DNA of 63,260 nt, the filler included, from Rhabdomonas costata (taxonomy: Eukaryota): NCBI GenBank assembly GCA_019059605.1. It is 55 parts of 55 records of this genome, joined end to end, with 100 filler letters (N's around TTAATTAATTAA, not from the genome) between each part and the next. Parts side by side here need not be neighbours in the genome. Positions count along the whole stretch, not along the records: positions 13,827 to 14,878 come from JAHMHO010031251.1; positions 14,979 to 16,029 come from JAHMHO010031252.1; positions 16,130 to 17,181 come from JAHMHO010031253.1; positions 17,282 to 18,333 come from JAHMHO010031254.1; positions 18,434 to 19,485 come from JAHMHO010031255.1; positions 19,586 to 20,642 come from JAHMHO010031256.1; positions 20,743 to 21,794 come from JAHMHO010031257.1; positions 21,895 to 22,946 come from JAHMHO010031258.1; 47 more parts are not named here. The stretch is one strand, 5' to 3'. Shown piece by piece: positions 14,496 through 26,043 of the stretch. The first letter of the stretch is position 1, and every line of letters starts with the position of its first letter. The notes below the pieces were generated by a model, which worked only from the letters and a program-made list of their open reading frames with translations, made no database searches and had not been told where the DNA came from. The position numbers were made by a program, and so were the translations under genes.

Positions 14496-14633
14496 CTCAT
14501 CTCTGAGAAGTCGTGCCCGCTCCCGGCCCAGCCTCTGCCGCACCAGAGTGTACACCTCGATCGCCTGCTCCTCAGTGCACCCAGAGAGCAATGCCGCGAG
14601 GTCGTGCCTCATCAGTTCCCACCGAAAGGCCTC
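14496..14633 (-). CDS. Internal exon, unknown protein
   Basis: 138-nt AG/GT-bounded open frame EAFRWELMRHDLAALLSGC...RLLRDE with GC-rich codons; family not recognised. Confidence 0.45.
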
Positions 14634-14982
14634 CTGCAGGGCACACACGGGGGGCGTGCACACCTTCCAGCGGCAGTGGGGGGGAGGGTGCCGAGTCGTT
14701 GCACAAAGTACCATGTGAAATTAACCCCCCACGTGCGGGAATCCCAAGCACAGTCAAAACAACCCTCTTCCCTCCCAGCAACAGCCAAAGCGTCTTTAAT
14801 ATCCCACACAAAAAGTGAAGCGGGATTGGGAGAAGCCACACGAAGCAGAAACAGGAGAAAACCAACCTCAACCACAAANNNNNNNNNNNNNNNNNNNNNN
14901 NNNNNNNNNNNNNNNNNNNNNNTTAATTAATTAANNNNNNNNNNNNNNNNNNNNNNNNNNNNNNNNNNNNNNNNNNNNGTTT

Positions 14983-15127
14983 TGTGGTACTTCAGGTTTG
15001 TGTATGACGTGGACAAATGCGAGCTGCAGCAAGAGTAAACGCCACATCGCGGATAGAATCCGTGTGGTGGGTGTACTCTTGCTGCAGCTCGCATTTGTCC
15101 ACGTCATACACAAACCTGAAGTGCCAC
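14983..15127. repeat. Fold-back inverted repeat truncating the WDR55 exon
   Basis: About 14983-15036 mirrors 15074-15127 and duplicates coding sequence in reverse. Confidence 0.85.
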
Positions 15128-15705
15128 AAAGCCAAAGCCACAGCCAAAGACGAAGCAGGTAGAAGGAAAACCCATCCTTGCAGAAGTGGACAAGGACAAC
15201 GACCACCCAAAACGAATCTGGAATCTGCTTGTTGAGCCCAGCGATTTGCGAGTCCTCAGCAAGAAGTGGTTTTCACCTGCCAAGCAAAAAACGATCACTT
15301 AGGAGGTATTGGCAAAGTTTACCTAACCCCCTAACACAATAAACTCATTTCGAGAGAGCGGGCATGTTTTTCCTGGGTGTTTTTAGTCAATTTTGGAGAG
15401 ATTTAAGCCAGCTTTCTGTTACCAATGGTAATGATTAGCACTTCCCTTGTCCAACTTCCATTGGGCGGGATTTCCTGCCCGGCTGATGCGGCTGAGTCTT
15501 TGTGACTGTGAATGTGCTTTGCCTCTATTCGTGAACGCCATAAAATGTGCCAGGGGTGCAGCAGAACGGCAGAAGCAGACAAGAGGCCATACATCTTGTC
15601 CTGACCCGTCGAGAGGCCCACCACGAGGATGTTCCGGGTGGGATGCAAGTCCATTCCAAACACGTAGTCTCCAGGGGAGAGCCGGATGTCCGGCGGAATT
15701 ACCTC
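15030..15705 (-). CDS. WDR55: WD40 protein WDR55/Jip5-like, two exons (about 15705-15593 and 15115-about 15030)
   Basis: PPDIRLSPGDYVFGMDLHPTRNILVVGLSTGQDKM|FVYDVDKCELQQEYTHHTDSIRDVAFT fits the first WD blades of WDR55; GT-AG intron 15592-15116 joins AT|G in frame; 5' boundary uncertain. Confidence 0.7.
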
Positions 15706-16129
15706 CTGGATTATTTTTTTTTGCGCAACCCCGTCAACTCCGCCCTCACCACCACCCAGAGAGGCATATGGGGAGGGACTCAAAAGTTTGGGACAAAGGA
15801 AAGTTGGTGTGGGGAGAATCGTGTGGGTATGCTGATGGGAGCACGCGCTGTTGAGCCACGGATGCTAGTGGGAGGTGTTTTCGGATCACATGGTGTTCTG
15901 GCGCCATGGGGTACCGGCCCATCGCTGCGGGATCCGACAAGTTTGACAAATTGGAATGGAAGGCATCATTAAAGTCATCTGGCCAACTCTGCTTCCATAA
16001 CCAACGAACATGGAACATGGGAAGGAAGANNNNNNNNNNNNNNNNNNNNNNNNNNNNNNNNNNNNNNNNNNNNTTAATTAATTAANNNNNNNNNNNNNNN
16101 NNNNNNNNNNNNNNNNNNNNNNNNNNNNN

Positions 16130-16974
16130 GGGTGTGTGGGACGGCTTATGGTAGTTGCGCGATGCTTCAGGAAGATGTCCAAGCACTATCGCTGAAGTTG
16201 CTGGAGAGCGCTGCAGAGGAGCCAGCTCTTCGCACGATGGCGGCTGACGCTGATGTCCACGTGGCAATATTGCGGCAGCCTGCCCAAGTTGTGCTTCACC
16301 AGGCGCACCAACTCTGTGTCGAAGAAAAAGACAACTACGTGGAGATGCTTTGTCAGGTTAGTGCGAACAGCCCGTGAGCAGCCCGTTTGCGTAGCTTGTG
16401 AATTTGTTTGTCGGGTCATCATTGGTGGTTATTAAAATGGATTGTGAATGCAAGCCGGGGAATTCCTGTCATCATCACTTGGCGAATTGAAAGTTCCCTA
16501 AGTCTTTGCATATCGGGATGGCATCGCCGCACATTTCCGCTCCCGTTTCCTCTTGCACATGTGCGCACAAGGGTCGCTCTTGCCCTTTCTTTCTTCCTCG
16601 CTTCGAACACAAACTGAACCTTCAAAACTCGGACTGAGTCTATCTTCATTCGTGTGGATTGCCTTTCATCTCTGGGAAACCAGTCACGCTGCTTTGCTTC
16701 TCTTGCTTCTTTGTTTGTGCAGGGCATTGGTCCTCGGTTTCGGGAGGTCGGCCGAGCCAGTGTGGAGCGGGTGTCCGGGATGGAGTACTCTTTGCAGCTG
16801 TGGGTGCTGCCTGGCACGGCGGGGGGATGCCGGATGCCTGTGCTGGCCCACTTTGTCTCCTTTGTGCCCTCTGTGTGCTACTACGACAGTAGCCGTATGG
16901 TGGTGCACCTGGGGGACTCCATGGGGCATCAGCCCTATATTGTGGTGCAGCTGCACTTCCTGCGCGGCGAGGAG
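16130..16974 (+). CDS. Two exons of an unknown protein (16130-16356, 16723-16974)
   Basis: Open frames joined in phase 0 by intron 16357-16722 (GTTAGT..polypyrimidine..CAG); second exon ends at GTAAGC. Confidence 0.6.
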
Positions 16975-17601
16975 GTAAGCCACCCTTGCAAAATTTTTCA
17001 CTGGATTACTTCTTGTGTTGGTGGCCGTCCCGGTTCCTCATTCGGTAATATATGTGGCCAGTTTTAATTGTAACACGCACAAGCAAAAAACGCTGTTTAT
17101 TTTCTTTTGCATGCTCCCCTCGTTTTCAGCACTTTATTTAGAGAGAGACAGTTGGATGGGGAGATACAATAGTGCAACACCNNNNNNNNNNNNNNNNNNN
17201 NNNNNNNNNNNNNNNNNNNNNNNNNTTAATTAATTAANNNNNNNNNNNNNNNNNNNNNNNNNNNNNNNNNNNNNNNNNNNNGTTTGTTTTGGGAAACATT
17301 CCACGATAGGTCAGCCAAGCAGTCTCTGGGTTGTACTGCTCAAGCTGCGAACAAAACGGCCTTCACAAGTTGCGGCTTTGCTGCGGCATGATTGCCATGT
17401 TTAATTCAGCGTAACCGCACTCCCACCAAACCCACAAACTCTCATCATACAGTGGTCTTCCTCAGGCGAAGTTGCCTGCTGGGGGCGCACATGTGGATAG
17501 TCACAACAACCGGACTGTAGTTGCCAAGCTGTTGCTTGAATCTCCGCAGCGCAAAGCGCTGCTGCTCGCGCAGCGTTTCTGCTGCTGCGCACTTGCCGTG
17601 C

Positions 17602-18290
17602 TCATGGGTCTGATTCGCGAGAATGCGAGGTTTGAGGGCAAGCACTAGGTTCCGGGTTTCCTGTGCAAGGACATTGCCTTAGAGGCGATACGCTGCGGTC
17701 CCCATCAAGACCACCTTCATCAGAAGAACAATCTTCAGGTTGGTCAGAAAGCTCATCCACAGTCTCGACCTCGAGGACGCACAGACGCGGCTGCCCCTCT
17801 GCATTCTTGAGCCTGCCATGACCTCCCAGAAAAGCCACCATCTCCTCCACACTCATCCATTTCTGCCGCTTCAGCCGAAACTTCTGCCGCATTGGGAACA
17901 GCACGGGCTCCTCTCTGGGTTCACGGAAAACTGGGAGACTCTTCCTGCGCAGCACCGCGGGTTCCCCGGATCGCTCACGGAGATCACAAAAACAGTGTTT
18001 CCATGAAGCTTGGACATACAGGCCAGGAGCTTGTCCACGGATGCCGTGCACAGCACGAACCCTTCCATGCAGAACACGTTGCGCTGGGGATCCTTTGCGG
18101 GAGTGTACCTGGCTTGCTGCTCGGGGCTCAGCCTCACGGCACGGTAGCAGGTCGTGCTGTGAGGCAGGGTTTTGGTCCGTTCTCGGGCGGCACACTGCAG
18201 CGCCCAAGCAAAAGGCTTCGGCTGTGCCTTGGCCTCGCCACGGCTCTGCAATTTCGCGGCCATGGGTGGGAACTGGAAGCTCTCTGCCAT
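17602..18290 (-). pseudogene. Frameshifted, degenerate NAD:arginine-type ADP-ribosyltransferase (R-S-E family) domain
   Basis: Ordered motifs CYRAVRL..RY..VFCMEGFVLCT..GNTVFVI..VSQFSVNP/REEPVLFPMRQKF; 1-nt frame break near 17917. Confidence 0.65.
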
Positions 18291-18997
18291 GTATAGCCGC
18301 ACCACAGTATCGAAATACTGGCCAACACCCCCCNNNNNNNNNNNNNNNNNNNNNNNNNNNNNNNNNNNNNNNNNNNNTTAATTAATTAANNNNNNNNNNN
18401 NNNNNNNNNNNNNNNNNNNNNNNNNNNNNNNNNGTGGGTTGCCCAGGAGCGGATAAGCTGCAGGGAGACCAGAGAATTCCATTTGGGGCATCATTACCTT
18501 TCGGGCGACGTGTTGGGTATGAAAAGGGTGTAAAGGAAATGGCCGGAGGGTCGTTGGGGAATGGGGGCAGGGAATTGAACACACCTTTGACGAAGCATGC
18601 ATTTCGGAGAGTATTCTTCTCTCACTGCTGTACGACAGCTAAGCCATACGACCGCTTTCCTCGATTCAGTGAGGCTCTTCGATCTCCTCCCTCCGTTGAC
18701 CCAATCTTTTCGTCTCATCCGTTTCCTCTGGTACTCTCTTCACAACTTTTTGTGTGCCCCACTTTCGCTATTATCTGAATAATTTTTTTCGAGACTGGCT
18801 AAGGTGTACGATGCACCACCGCTTCCCAGCCGCAAAAACAAAAACCGCGATCGAAATCGTTGTGGCCCCAGCAGATCACAGGGGAAATTCCTGTGGTCAA
18901 CACGGGATTCCTCCGGAATATAGTTGGAGGAGGTATGCTGTGATGTCACCCAGCGCCTTTTTTGGGGACATTGTGGGGCATTTTTTGGTTTTCATTG

Positions 18998-19328
18998 TGT
19001 ACTCGTGTTCGCCAACCCCCAAAACACCAGCAAAAATGGCAGTAGGCGCGGGGGGGGTGCTCCATCGTGCAATAGAGATTCTCTTTGTAACACTCATCAC
19101 TCTGGTCTGTTTTGCAGTGGAAAGCGGCACAGTTCGATCTAAACCGGCACAGTTGGCACTGCGTACTCGTGTTTGCCAACCCCTATACATCAGCAATAAT
19201 GGCAGGCACAATTAAAGTAGGCGGCGGGCCTCCATCCTCCATCGATCCACCATCGTGCAATAGAGATCCTGTATGTCACTCACACTCATCACCCTGGTCC
19301 GTTTTGCAATCTAAGCCGGCACAGTTGG
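18998..19328. repeat. Diverged tandem duplication, unit about 165 nt
   Basis: gtactcgtgtt..gccaacccc..ccatcgtgcaatagagat..cactcatcac..ccggcacagttgg occurs at about 18998-19160 and 19161-19328. Confidence 0.8.
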
Positions 19329-19585
19329 ATTCTCCACGTTGTTCATAATATTCGTCTGCCACATCCCTGGGCACTACTCAACTGCCGAAAAACATTGCCC
19401 AGGTCAACGGAGAACAAGTGGGGAACCACACAAAACATTCCCGGTGTGCAACCAGCTCAAAGCTCAGGGTCTGTAAAGGGGAGGTNNNNNNNNNNNNNNN
19501 NNNNNNNNNNNNNNNNNNNNNNNNNNNNNTTAATTAATTAANNNNNNNNNNNNNNNNNNNNNNNNNNNNNNNNNNNNNNNNNNNN

Positions 19586-20642
19586 CCTCGCATGCAGATC
19601 GCAGCGGGGCTGCGGCGACTCTGTACCCTCCTACAAGTTTCGCCGCCACCGATGTTGAGAATGGCCCATTGGTGCGGTTTCCCTTTCTACCCGCCAACCC
19701 CACTTTCTTTTTTCCTTTCCCTCTTTTTTCACTGTGGGAGATGCCTGGCTTTGTTCGGTTTTTCTGAAGAACCCTTTGATTGTGTTTCGATGTGGCAGTC
19801 TTGAGATGAGGGTGAGATGCCAAGACAGGTGCAGGTTTCCCACTGCTCGCTGTCGATATGCTCACCCGAGAATGTTGCAAGCTTCCATGTGGGCTTCGTA
19901 CACCGCTGCAAGGCTTCTTTTGCCTGCGGCAGGCAGCACCCCCTGGTACTTTTTGAACGAGCAGTCTGGGTCCCGTGGGAAGGCAGCATTTTTACTGCTG
20001 GAACAGCACACCGGGCAGGATGCCGGACAGAAGAGACCCTCGCATGCAGATCGCAGCGGGGCTGCGGCGACTCTGTACCCTCCTACAAGTTTCGCCGCCA
20101 CCGATGTTGAGAATGGCCCATTGGTGCGGTTTCCCTTTCTACCCGCCAACCCCACTTTCTTTTTTCCTTTCCCTCTTTTTTCACTGTGGGAGATGCCTGG
20201 CTTTGTTCGGTTTTTCTGAAGAACCCTTTGATTGTGTTTCGATGTGGCAGTCTTGAGATGAGGGTGAGATGCCAAGACAGGTGCAGGTTTCCCACTGCTC
20301 GCTGTCGATATGCTCACCCGAGAATGTTGCAAGCTTCCATGTGGGCTTCGTACACCGCTGCAAGGCTTCTTTTGCCTGCGGCAGGCAGCACCCCCTGGTA
20401 AGGCTAGTAACACCCCGAAACTGAGAATTTAGTATGTGACATTTCGAACAGAAGTCTTTTTAGCCTATATTTATGCCGCTGGTTCTTCGCGGCATCCTGT
20501 GGTGTGCCGTGGTTAAAAAAAACTCTCAGTTTACGGTGTAGCCTGCTATACTTTTTGAACGAGCAGTCTGGGTCCCGTGGGAAGGCAGCATTTTTACTGC
20601 TGGTACAGCACACCGGGCAGGATGCCGGACAGAAGAGACCCT
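19586..20642. repeat. 452-bp tandem repeat, second unit carrying a 150-nt insertion
   Basis: 19586-20037 repeats from 20038; the second copy is interrupted at 20401-20550 and resumes at 20551. Confidence 0.95.
20401..20550. mobile_element. MITE-like insertion with imperfect TIRs and TA duplication
   Basis: Empty site ctggTA|cttttt in unit 1; filled site TA[aggcta..caccccgaaactgag...ctcagtttacggtgtagcct..]TA in unit 2. Confidence 0.7.
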
Positions 20643-23046
20643 NNNNNNNNNNNNNNNNNNNNNNNNNNNNNNNNNNNNNNNNNNNNTTAATTAATTAANN
20701 NNNNNNNNNNNNNNNNNNNNNNNNNNNNNNNNNNNNNNNNNNTGTGGGTGGGTGGTAGAGGTGGGGTTGTCCCACCCACCGTCCCTCAGCCAGAAACCTG
20801 GCAATAATGAATTCGTTAGTGAGTCACAACCAGACAGTCAAGAAAGGGTGCGTGAGAGTGTGCTATCGCACCGTCTGAAAAGGCTCCGTCTTAGGGGGAG
20901 GCGCAGTGACATCCGCGCTGCTCGAAGCTGGGCCGCTCCCCGTGTGCTGCGGTGAGGGCTCTAGTGCGCCGTCGGAGTGTCTGGACGCATACACACGCGC
21001 AGGTAGCTCACAGATGCTATCAAGGGTCGCTGTCGGCGTGATTGAAGAAGGGCGATCCCAGAAAAAAGGTCCATTCAAATACCACCGCGCCATGGAGTGC
21101 AAAGCCCCAATGTTGTTTTCAGAGGCCGAGCATGGAAAGCCAATGGACCTCCCTGTGGGTGAGAAATCCTGCAAGCCGATTCTGCGTGTTTCGATATGAC
21201 AACAGTTACTCGGAGATGCCAAAGCAAAGCCTCAATTGGGGCCACGACAACACTGTACATAAGCCATACTGTCAGCACGTCGTACCACAGCAAGCAAAAT
21301 TATATGGCAAGGACTGAGTCCCACTTCGGTAACAATGCCAGAAGGGTGGACCATGAAGGAGCCACCCAAAAGGGAGGATTGCAAGGCCACCCACCACCCA
21401 AAAATCGAATTTTTTTTTGTAATCTCTGATGCCAGCAAAAAGAAGTACTCCTGGGCTCTAACTACGCAAGCAGTTCTGAAACCGCAGTCTAAATATATGC
21501 AGGAATGCAAATGTTCACAAGTAAGGTAGCTGCACGCCGGGCGCCGTGCTAAGGGGCATACGATGCTCAATTCGGATTGTTCAATCGAGGTTAAGCAGCG
21601 TCTATTCGTGTACTGCACCCCCCACCCACCGAGAAAGGAACCGCAGCTACAAGTATCAACCCCGACGCTCACTCTGGGGCGCGGCCTTCGGCCGGTGGTC
21701 TTCCCGGAATTGTAAATGGCGACCTCAACGTGCTCAAAAAGGCTGTCTTAAAGGCAAAAGTAGCCTAAAAAGCCGAGTGCAACACCCCAAACCCNNNNNN
21801 NNNNNNNNNNNNNNNNNNNNNNNNNNNNNNNNNNNNNNTTAATTAATTAANNNNNNNNNNNNNNNNNNNNNNNNNNNNNNNNNNNNNNNNNNNNTTGAAC
21901 TCTAGGCAGTTCTTTGAGGGAATGTTTCGGATGACACGTTTCCACTGGAGGGGTCACTGGCAATTTTGTCCTATGTGACTGCGCTATGAATGGAGGTGTT
22001 CCGACCGTCACAGCGCAGATTCCATGTAGCGAGCTCGTTTTATTCGGAGGCTTTTATATTTTTGGTACAAGAATAACAGCACGCTAAACCCACGCCTCGT
22101 TTTGTTACATAAAAAACCAGAAATAAACGTTGGCATTTTCAATTTTTACAAAATTTTAAACTTAACAAAAAGTATCAATGCCTGTGAAGCATCAGGAATT
22201 CGTGCTTTAAGAGACATGTTTCTAAGTGACGTATTGGTAGTATTCCTATTTATTTGTTGTCCCGTTGTCCGTTGTCCGACGCTCTGCCCCTGCTTCATTT
22301 TTTGCGTTTAACAAACTGCTTGAGAACTTGCGGAAATATTTTCTGATGGTATAACTCTACCTGAGAAAAATCAGCGGGGTTGAACTTTGTTGGAGTTTTA
22401 AATGCAAGCTCATCCACCTTGCCGCCTTATTCGCCTCGCGGCTCGCAGCAGAGATTTCGGTCGTCTTCTATCCGACCGGGGAGACCAGCTGCTTGCTCAA
22501 CTTGGCAGTGGGCGAACGGGCGCGTTTCGCGTCACATTGTGAAGAGAGGATAGGTATGGGGGCAGAAATTGGGACGTGGATGGCTGCAGGCACTTGGATC
22601 GGTCTTCCTTCAGCAGAGCACAGCAAGACGGCAAGCTCTCGAGCGAAATTTTGGGACACCAAATTCCACCAGAAAGTCCACCAGGACCTTCTGGAAGTCG
22701 TTCCTCTGCGAGAATTTGTTCGCCTTCAGCGGCAAGCGGAATCTCACGCGAAATCAAGCGAAATTTTCGGACTTCGCTTCGGCGCCGCTGGACCGGTTTT
22801 CTCAGTCTGTCCAGTGGAGAGAGAGGCCAGCCAAAGTCTTGGAAAAAATGCTCAATCCTCAATTTCTCTGTTCCTCTGTCGCGGGCGAGATACCGCTGTT
22901 GATCTAACCATACTACACAGCCTCCTACACAGCCTGAATCCTTCACNNNNNNNNNNNNNNNNNNNNNNNNNNNNNNNNNNNNNNNNNNNNTTAATTAATT
23001 AANNNNNNNNNNNNNNNNNNNNNNNNNNNNNNNNNNNNNNNNNNNN

Positions 23047-24098
23047 GTGGGGGGTGGATGTGCCTCATGCAGCAGATTTACTGCTAACGGAATCAGAGAT
23101 TTGGCACAGTCTGCTTGCTCTTATGAATTTGCGCTTTTTGTGGATTTTTGTAATGCCTACAACTCTCTCGACCGCCAGCGCATGTTGGACGCAATTGCGA
23201 CACTGCGCTACGCTTTCGGAAGTATGGTACTGCTACGTGGCCCCCTTTCTACTGGTATTCGGAAGGCACGCAGCAGTGAGATGTGTATGGCTTTATTCTT
23301 TGACTTAGGGACAGTTGTGTCTGTTTGTTAGTGTTTGTGTATGTAAAGATGTAAAGACATAAAAGAAACACACCCGTGAATGAGAGCGATGATGGAAAGA
23401 AAAGAAAAGAAAAGCTGCCCCTAACCTAGACGCGCGCAGCCTGGGTGCTAGCGCAGAGGGTCCTCTAGCTCTGTTGTCAGACGTGGGGTCCCTGCCATCT
23501 TTTCTTCGCAGTCACACTCAAGCTGCTGGATAATCGCCTCATTGATAGCACTACAGGCTGGTATCAATGGTACTTGGACGAAGACACACTGTGCGGTTAC
23601 CGGGACAGACATGTTCCGAGCCATTTGGTCATTTAGTAGCCCTTGCTCATGTGACACCTTCGGCATGCTTGCGTATCGAAGACCCGCGCAGTTTCTAGAA
23701 GTGGGTCTTCCGTTGACTGCAGAAGTCTGTGCTGACCCCCGAGTTTGAAAGCTGGTGGAAGCAGAAGAATTGGGATCACGCGCAGCACAACTTCAGTGCG
23801 GACATTCTCTCTACCACCGCTATTCCTGCGGCTCAGCCACCTCTTGGATAACTGCGCCGCCCCCGCTGCATCCAACTTCTCAGTGGCTGTCGTCAGACTG
23901 GCAGCTTCTATTGCTGTGGCGGCTGCGTGGCCAGTTCCAAGACTTCTATGGCGACCATGTCTTGTTCTGTAAGGCCATGGGGTATATGCCCTCCACAACA
24001 ACCTCAAAGTTGCCATTCCACGATCGAACCTGATCCCGGAAGATGTCTTCGTCCCAAATTTGTCGACGGCATGCCGACATCGCCGTTTCCCAACCAAC
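23047..24098 (+). mobile_element. Decayed non-LTR retrotransposon with restriction-like endonuclease (CRE-like)
   Basis: RT motif FVDFCNAYNSLDRQRMLDAI (about 23125-23200); downstream LRL, CCHC knuckle C..C..DFYGDHVLFC, LHNNL and RHADIAV across broken frames. Confidence 0.75.
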
Positions 24099-25049
24099 NN
24101 NNNNNNNNNNNNNNNNNNNNNNNNNNNNNNNNNNNNNNNNNNTTAATTAATTAANNNNNNNNNNNNNNNNNNNNNNNNNNNNNNNNNNNNNNNNNNNNGT
24201 TTTGGGGGGTAAACAAAGTAAATGATGTTTGACGAAAACGCCAACTTGCACAACCGTGCAGCAGCCATAGGTCGCCGTCATCCGCAAACGGCCTTCGCCG
24301 TTGTAATTCCTTCCCCATCGAGTCTTGCTGCTGCAATTGCCAATTTGTTCATTGATCAACCAACAGACCATCAGTTAGTTGCCGACTTGACTAAGACACC
24401 TTTTCTTTTCTTCCTCTTTTCTTTCCCGTTTTCCCGTTCTCCTCCGTCTTTTTCTTTCGCGCAAAAACTTCTACAACCTTCTACAAACTTCTACACTGTC
24501 CCAGTCACCCAAAACTTGCCGACCCCTTTTCGGTGCGGAGTGGTTGCTTGTGAAAAACGTTGTGAGTGCTGTCGTAAACCCATGGCTGCGTCAGGCCAGC
24601 GGCGCAATAGGGATCCAACAAACCCGCTAGGCTAGGGGGCCCCGAGGGGGAAATTCGGGAAACTCCTGACCCCAAGGACCGCTCACGCAGCATTTCGGGA
24701 GGCCTGCTGTAGATGCAAAAGATCCCATATCTGCTTCTTGCTTCGGCTTTGCCTTAGAGAAATGATCGGGTCTTTCAGGTTCAGTTTCATTTATATTATG
24801 TAGGAAAATCCGGTTTCTTCGTACGGAAAAGCCCTCTCTCACTACGCAGGACAGCTTCATTGCAGGCTCAGCACAGCGGCCCGACCTTGGACGCAGCGCA
24901 TCCTATGTGGCTTGGGTGCCGAAGCAATCGTAAACAAGAGCCATAGTTTCTTCGCTGCTCGTTGCTTTCAGTGAGCAAAAGTACGGCCATATTTTGAAAA
25001 GGGACCGATTGGGTACGTGCGGCAGGCTCGCACACTCGGAAGCATCAAC

Positions 25050-25161
25050 CTGAGTGTAGCTCAGCTCGTTGTTGTCGCGGTAACCCGTGGAGGCGGAGAT
25101 GGAGAGCCCACTGGCCCAGATCCCCTTGAAGCCCACCTCCTCCACAATTTTGGCGCTCAGC
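25050..25161 (-). CDS. pepM: Phosphoenolpyruvate mutase exon
   Basis: (G)[37 protein letters not shown] matches the PEP mutase pattern GLSAxIVxExGFxGIWxSGLSxSAxxGxRDxNExSxTQ; bounded by AG and GT. Confidence 0.85.
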
Positions 25162-25570
25162 CTGGAGAGGAATCCACGAACACATGTTGCCCATCCTCAC
25201 AACAATCACATCTGACCGGACAAAAGGCAAAACAACAACAACAAGAACAANNNNNNNNNNNNNNNNNNNNNNNNNNNNNNNNNNNNNNNNNNNNTTAATT
25301 AATTAANNNNNNNNNNNNNNNNNNNNNNNNNNNNNNNNNNNNNNNNNNNNGAGGCGTGCTGCTACTTTTGCTCGGATTCATTGGGTGGTGAAGGACCAAC
25401 ATTCAACTGATTTTGGTCACTGGTTAACCCAACATCTCGTGATGGTGAACAGAGGTCGTGAGGCGGCAAGATGGCTTTGAGTTCCCTCATTCTTCAATTC
25501 TTCAGTTTTTTTTTCGCTTTCAATTCACGGCATATTTGAATCAGCTGATTTCTCTTTTGATGTTCCCCAG

Positions 25571-26043
25571 GAACAAGCGCTGACCCGTGAGATCAGGGAA
25601 GTGCTTGAGGCAGAATCATCAGACGACTCGGACGGCATAGATGCAGATTATGACGCTGAGTGGAGGCACTGTGCTGTATTTATGTTAGTACCTTTTCGTG
25701 GGGTGAGTAGCTCGCGATCTGTTTTTTGTTCTAACAGAGATCACACGCGGATAATTTTTGCTGCTTGTCATGAAGTGGAGCTGAGACACAGCGACGCTGG
25801 CTGCAACGAGCTTGCCGATTTACTGGAAGATGCTCATCCCCCTGAAGGGCAGCTCACTCTCTCAGAGGTTCCGTGAAATGTGCTGCACGTACAGCCTCGA
25901 ACCATGGAACCTTTGGGGATTGCTGAGGTTGCACATGTTTGCAGGTTCAAATGCTCTGGGACGCTGTCCGTTTTGTGTACCGCTCTGCTGACCCAGTTCA
26001 TAACAAGCACTGGCTTAGCAGCACCAACGAGATCCTCTCCCAG
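25571..26043 (+). CDS. Probable short exons of an unknown protein
   Basis: AG-preceded open segments EQALTREIREVLEAE.., DHTRIIFAAC..LSE|GT and VQMLWDAVRFVY..; no family recognised. Confidence 0.35.

Noticed and set aside
1159-15127. Long hairpins (1159-1344, 2308-2507, 6623-6814, 14983-15127) as miRNA precursors or MITEs
   Set aside because: All touch contig edges, have essentially perfect arms unrelated to each other, and one mirrors a WDR55 coding exon; typical amplification fold-backs.
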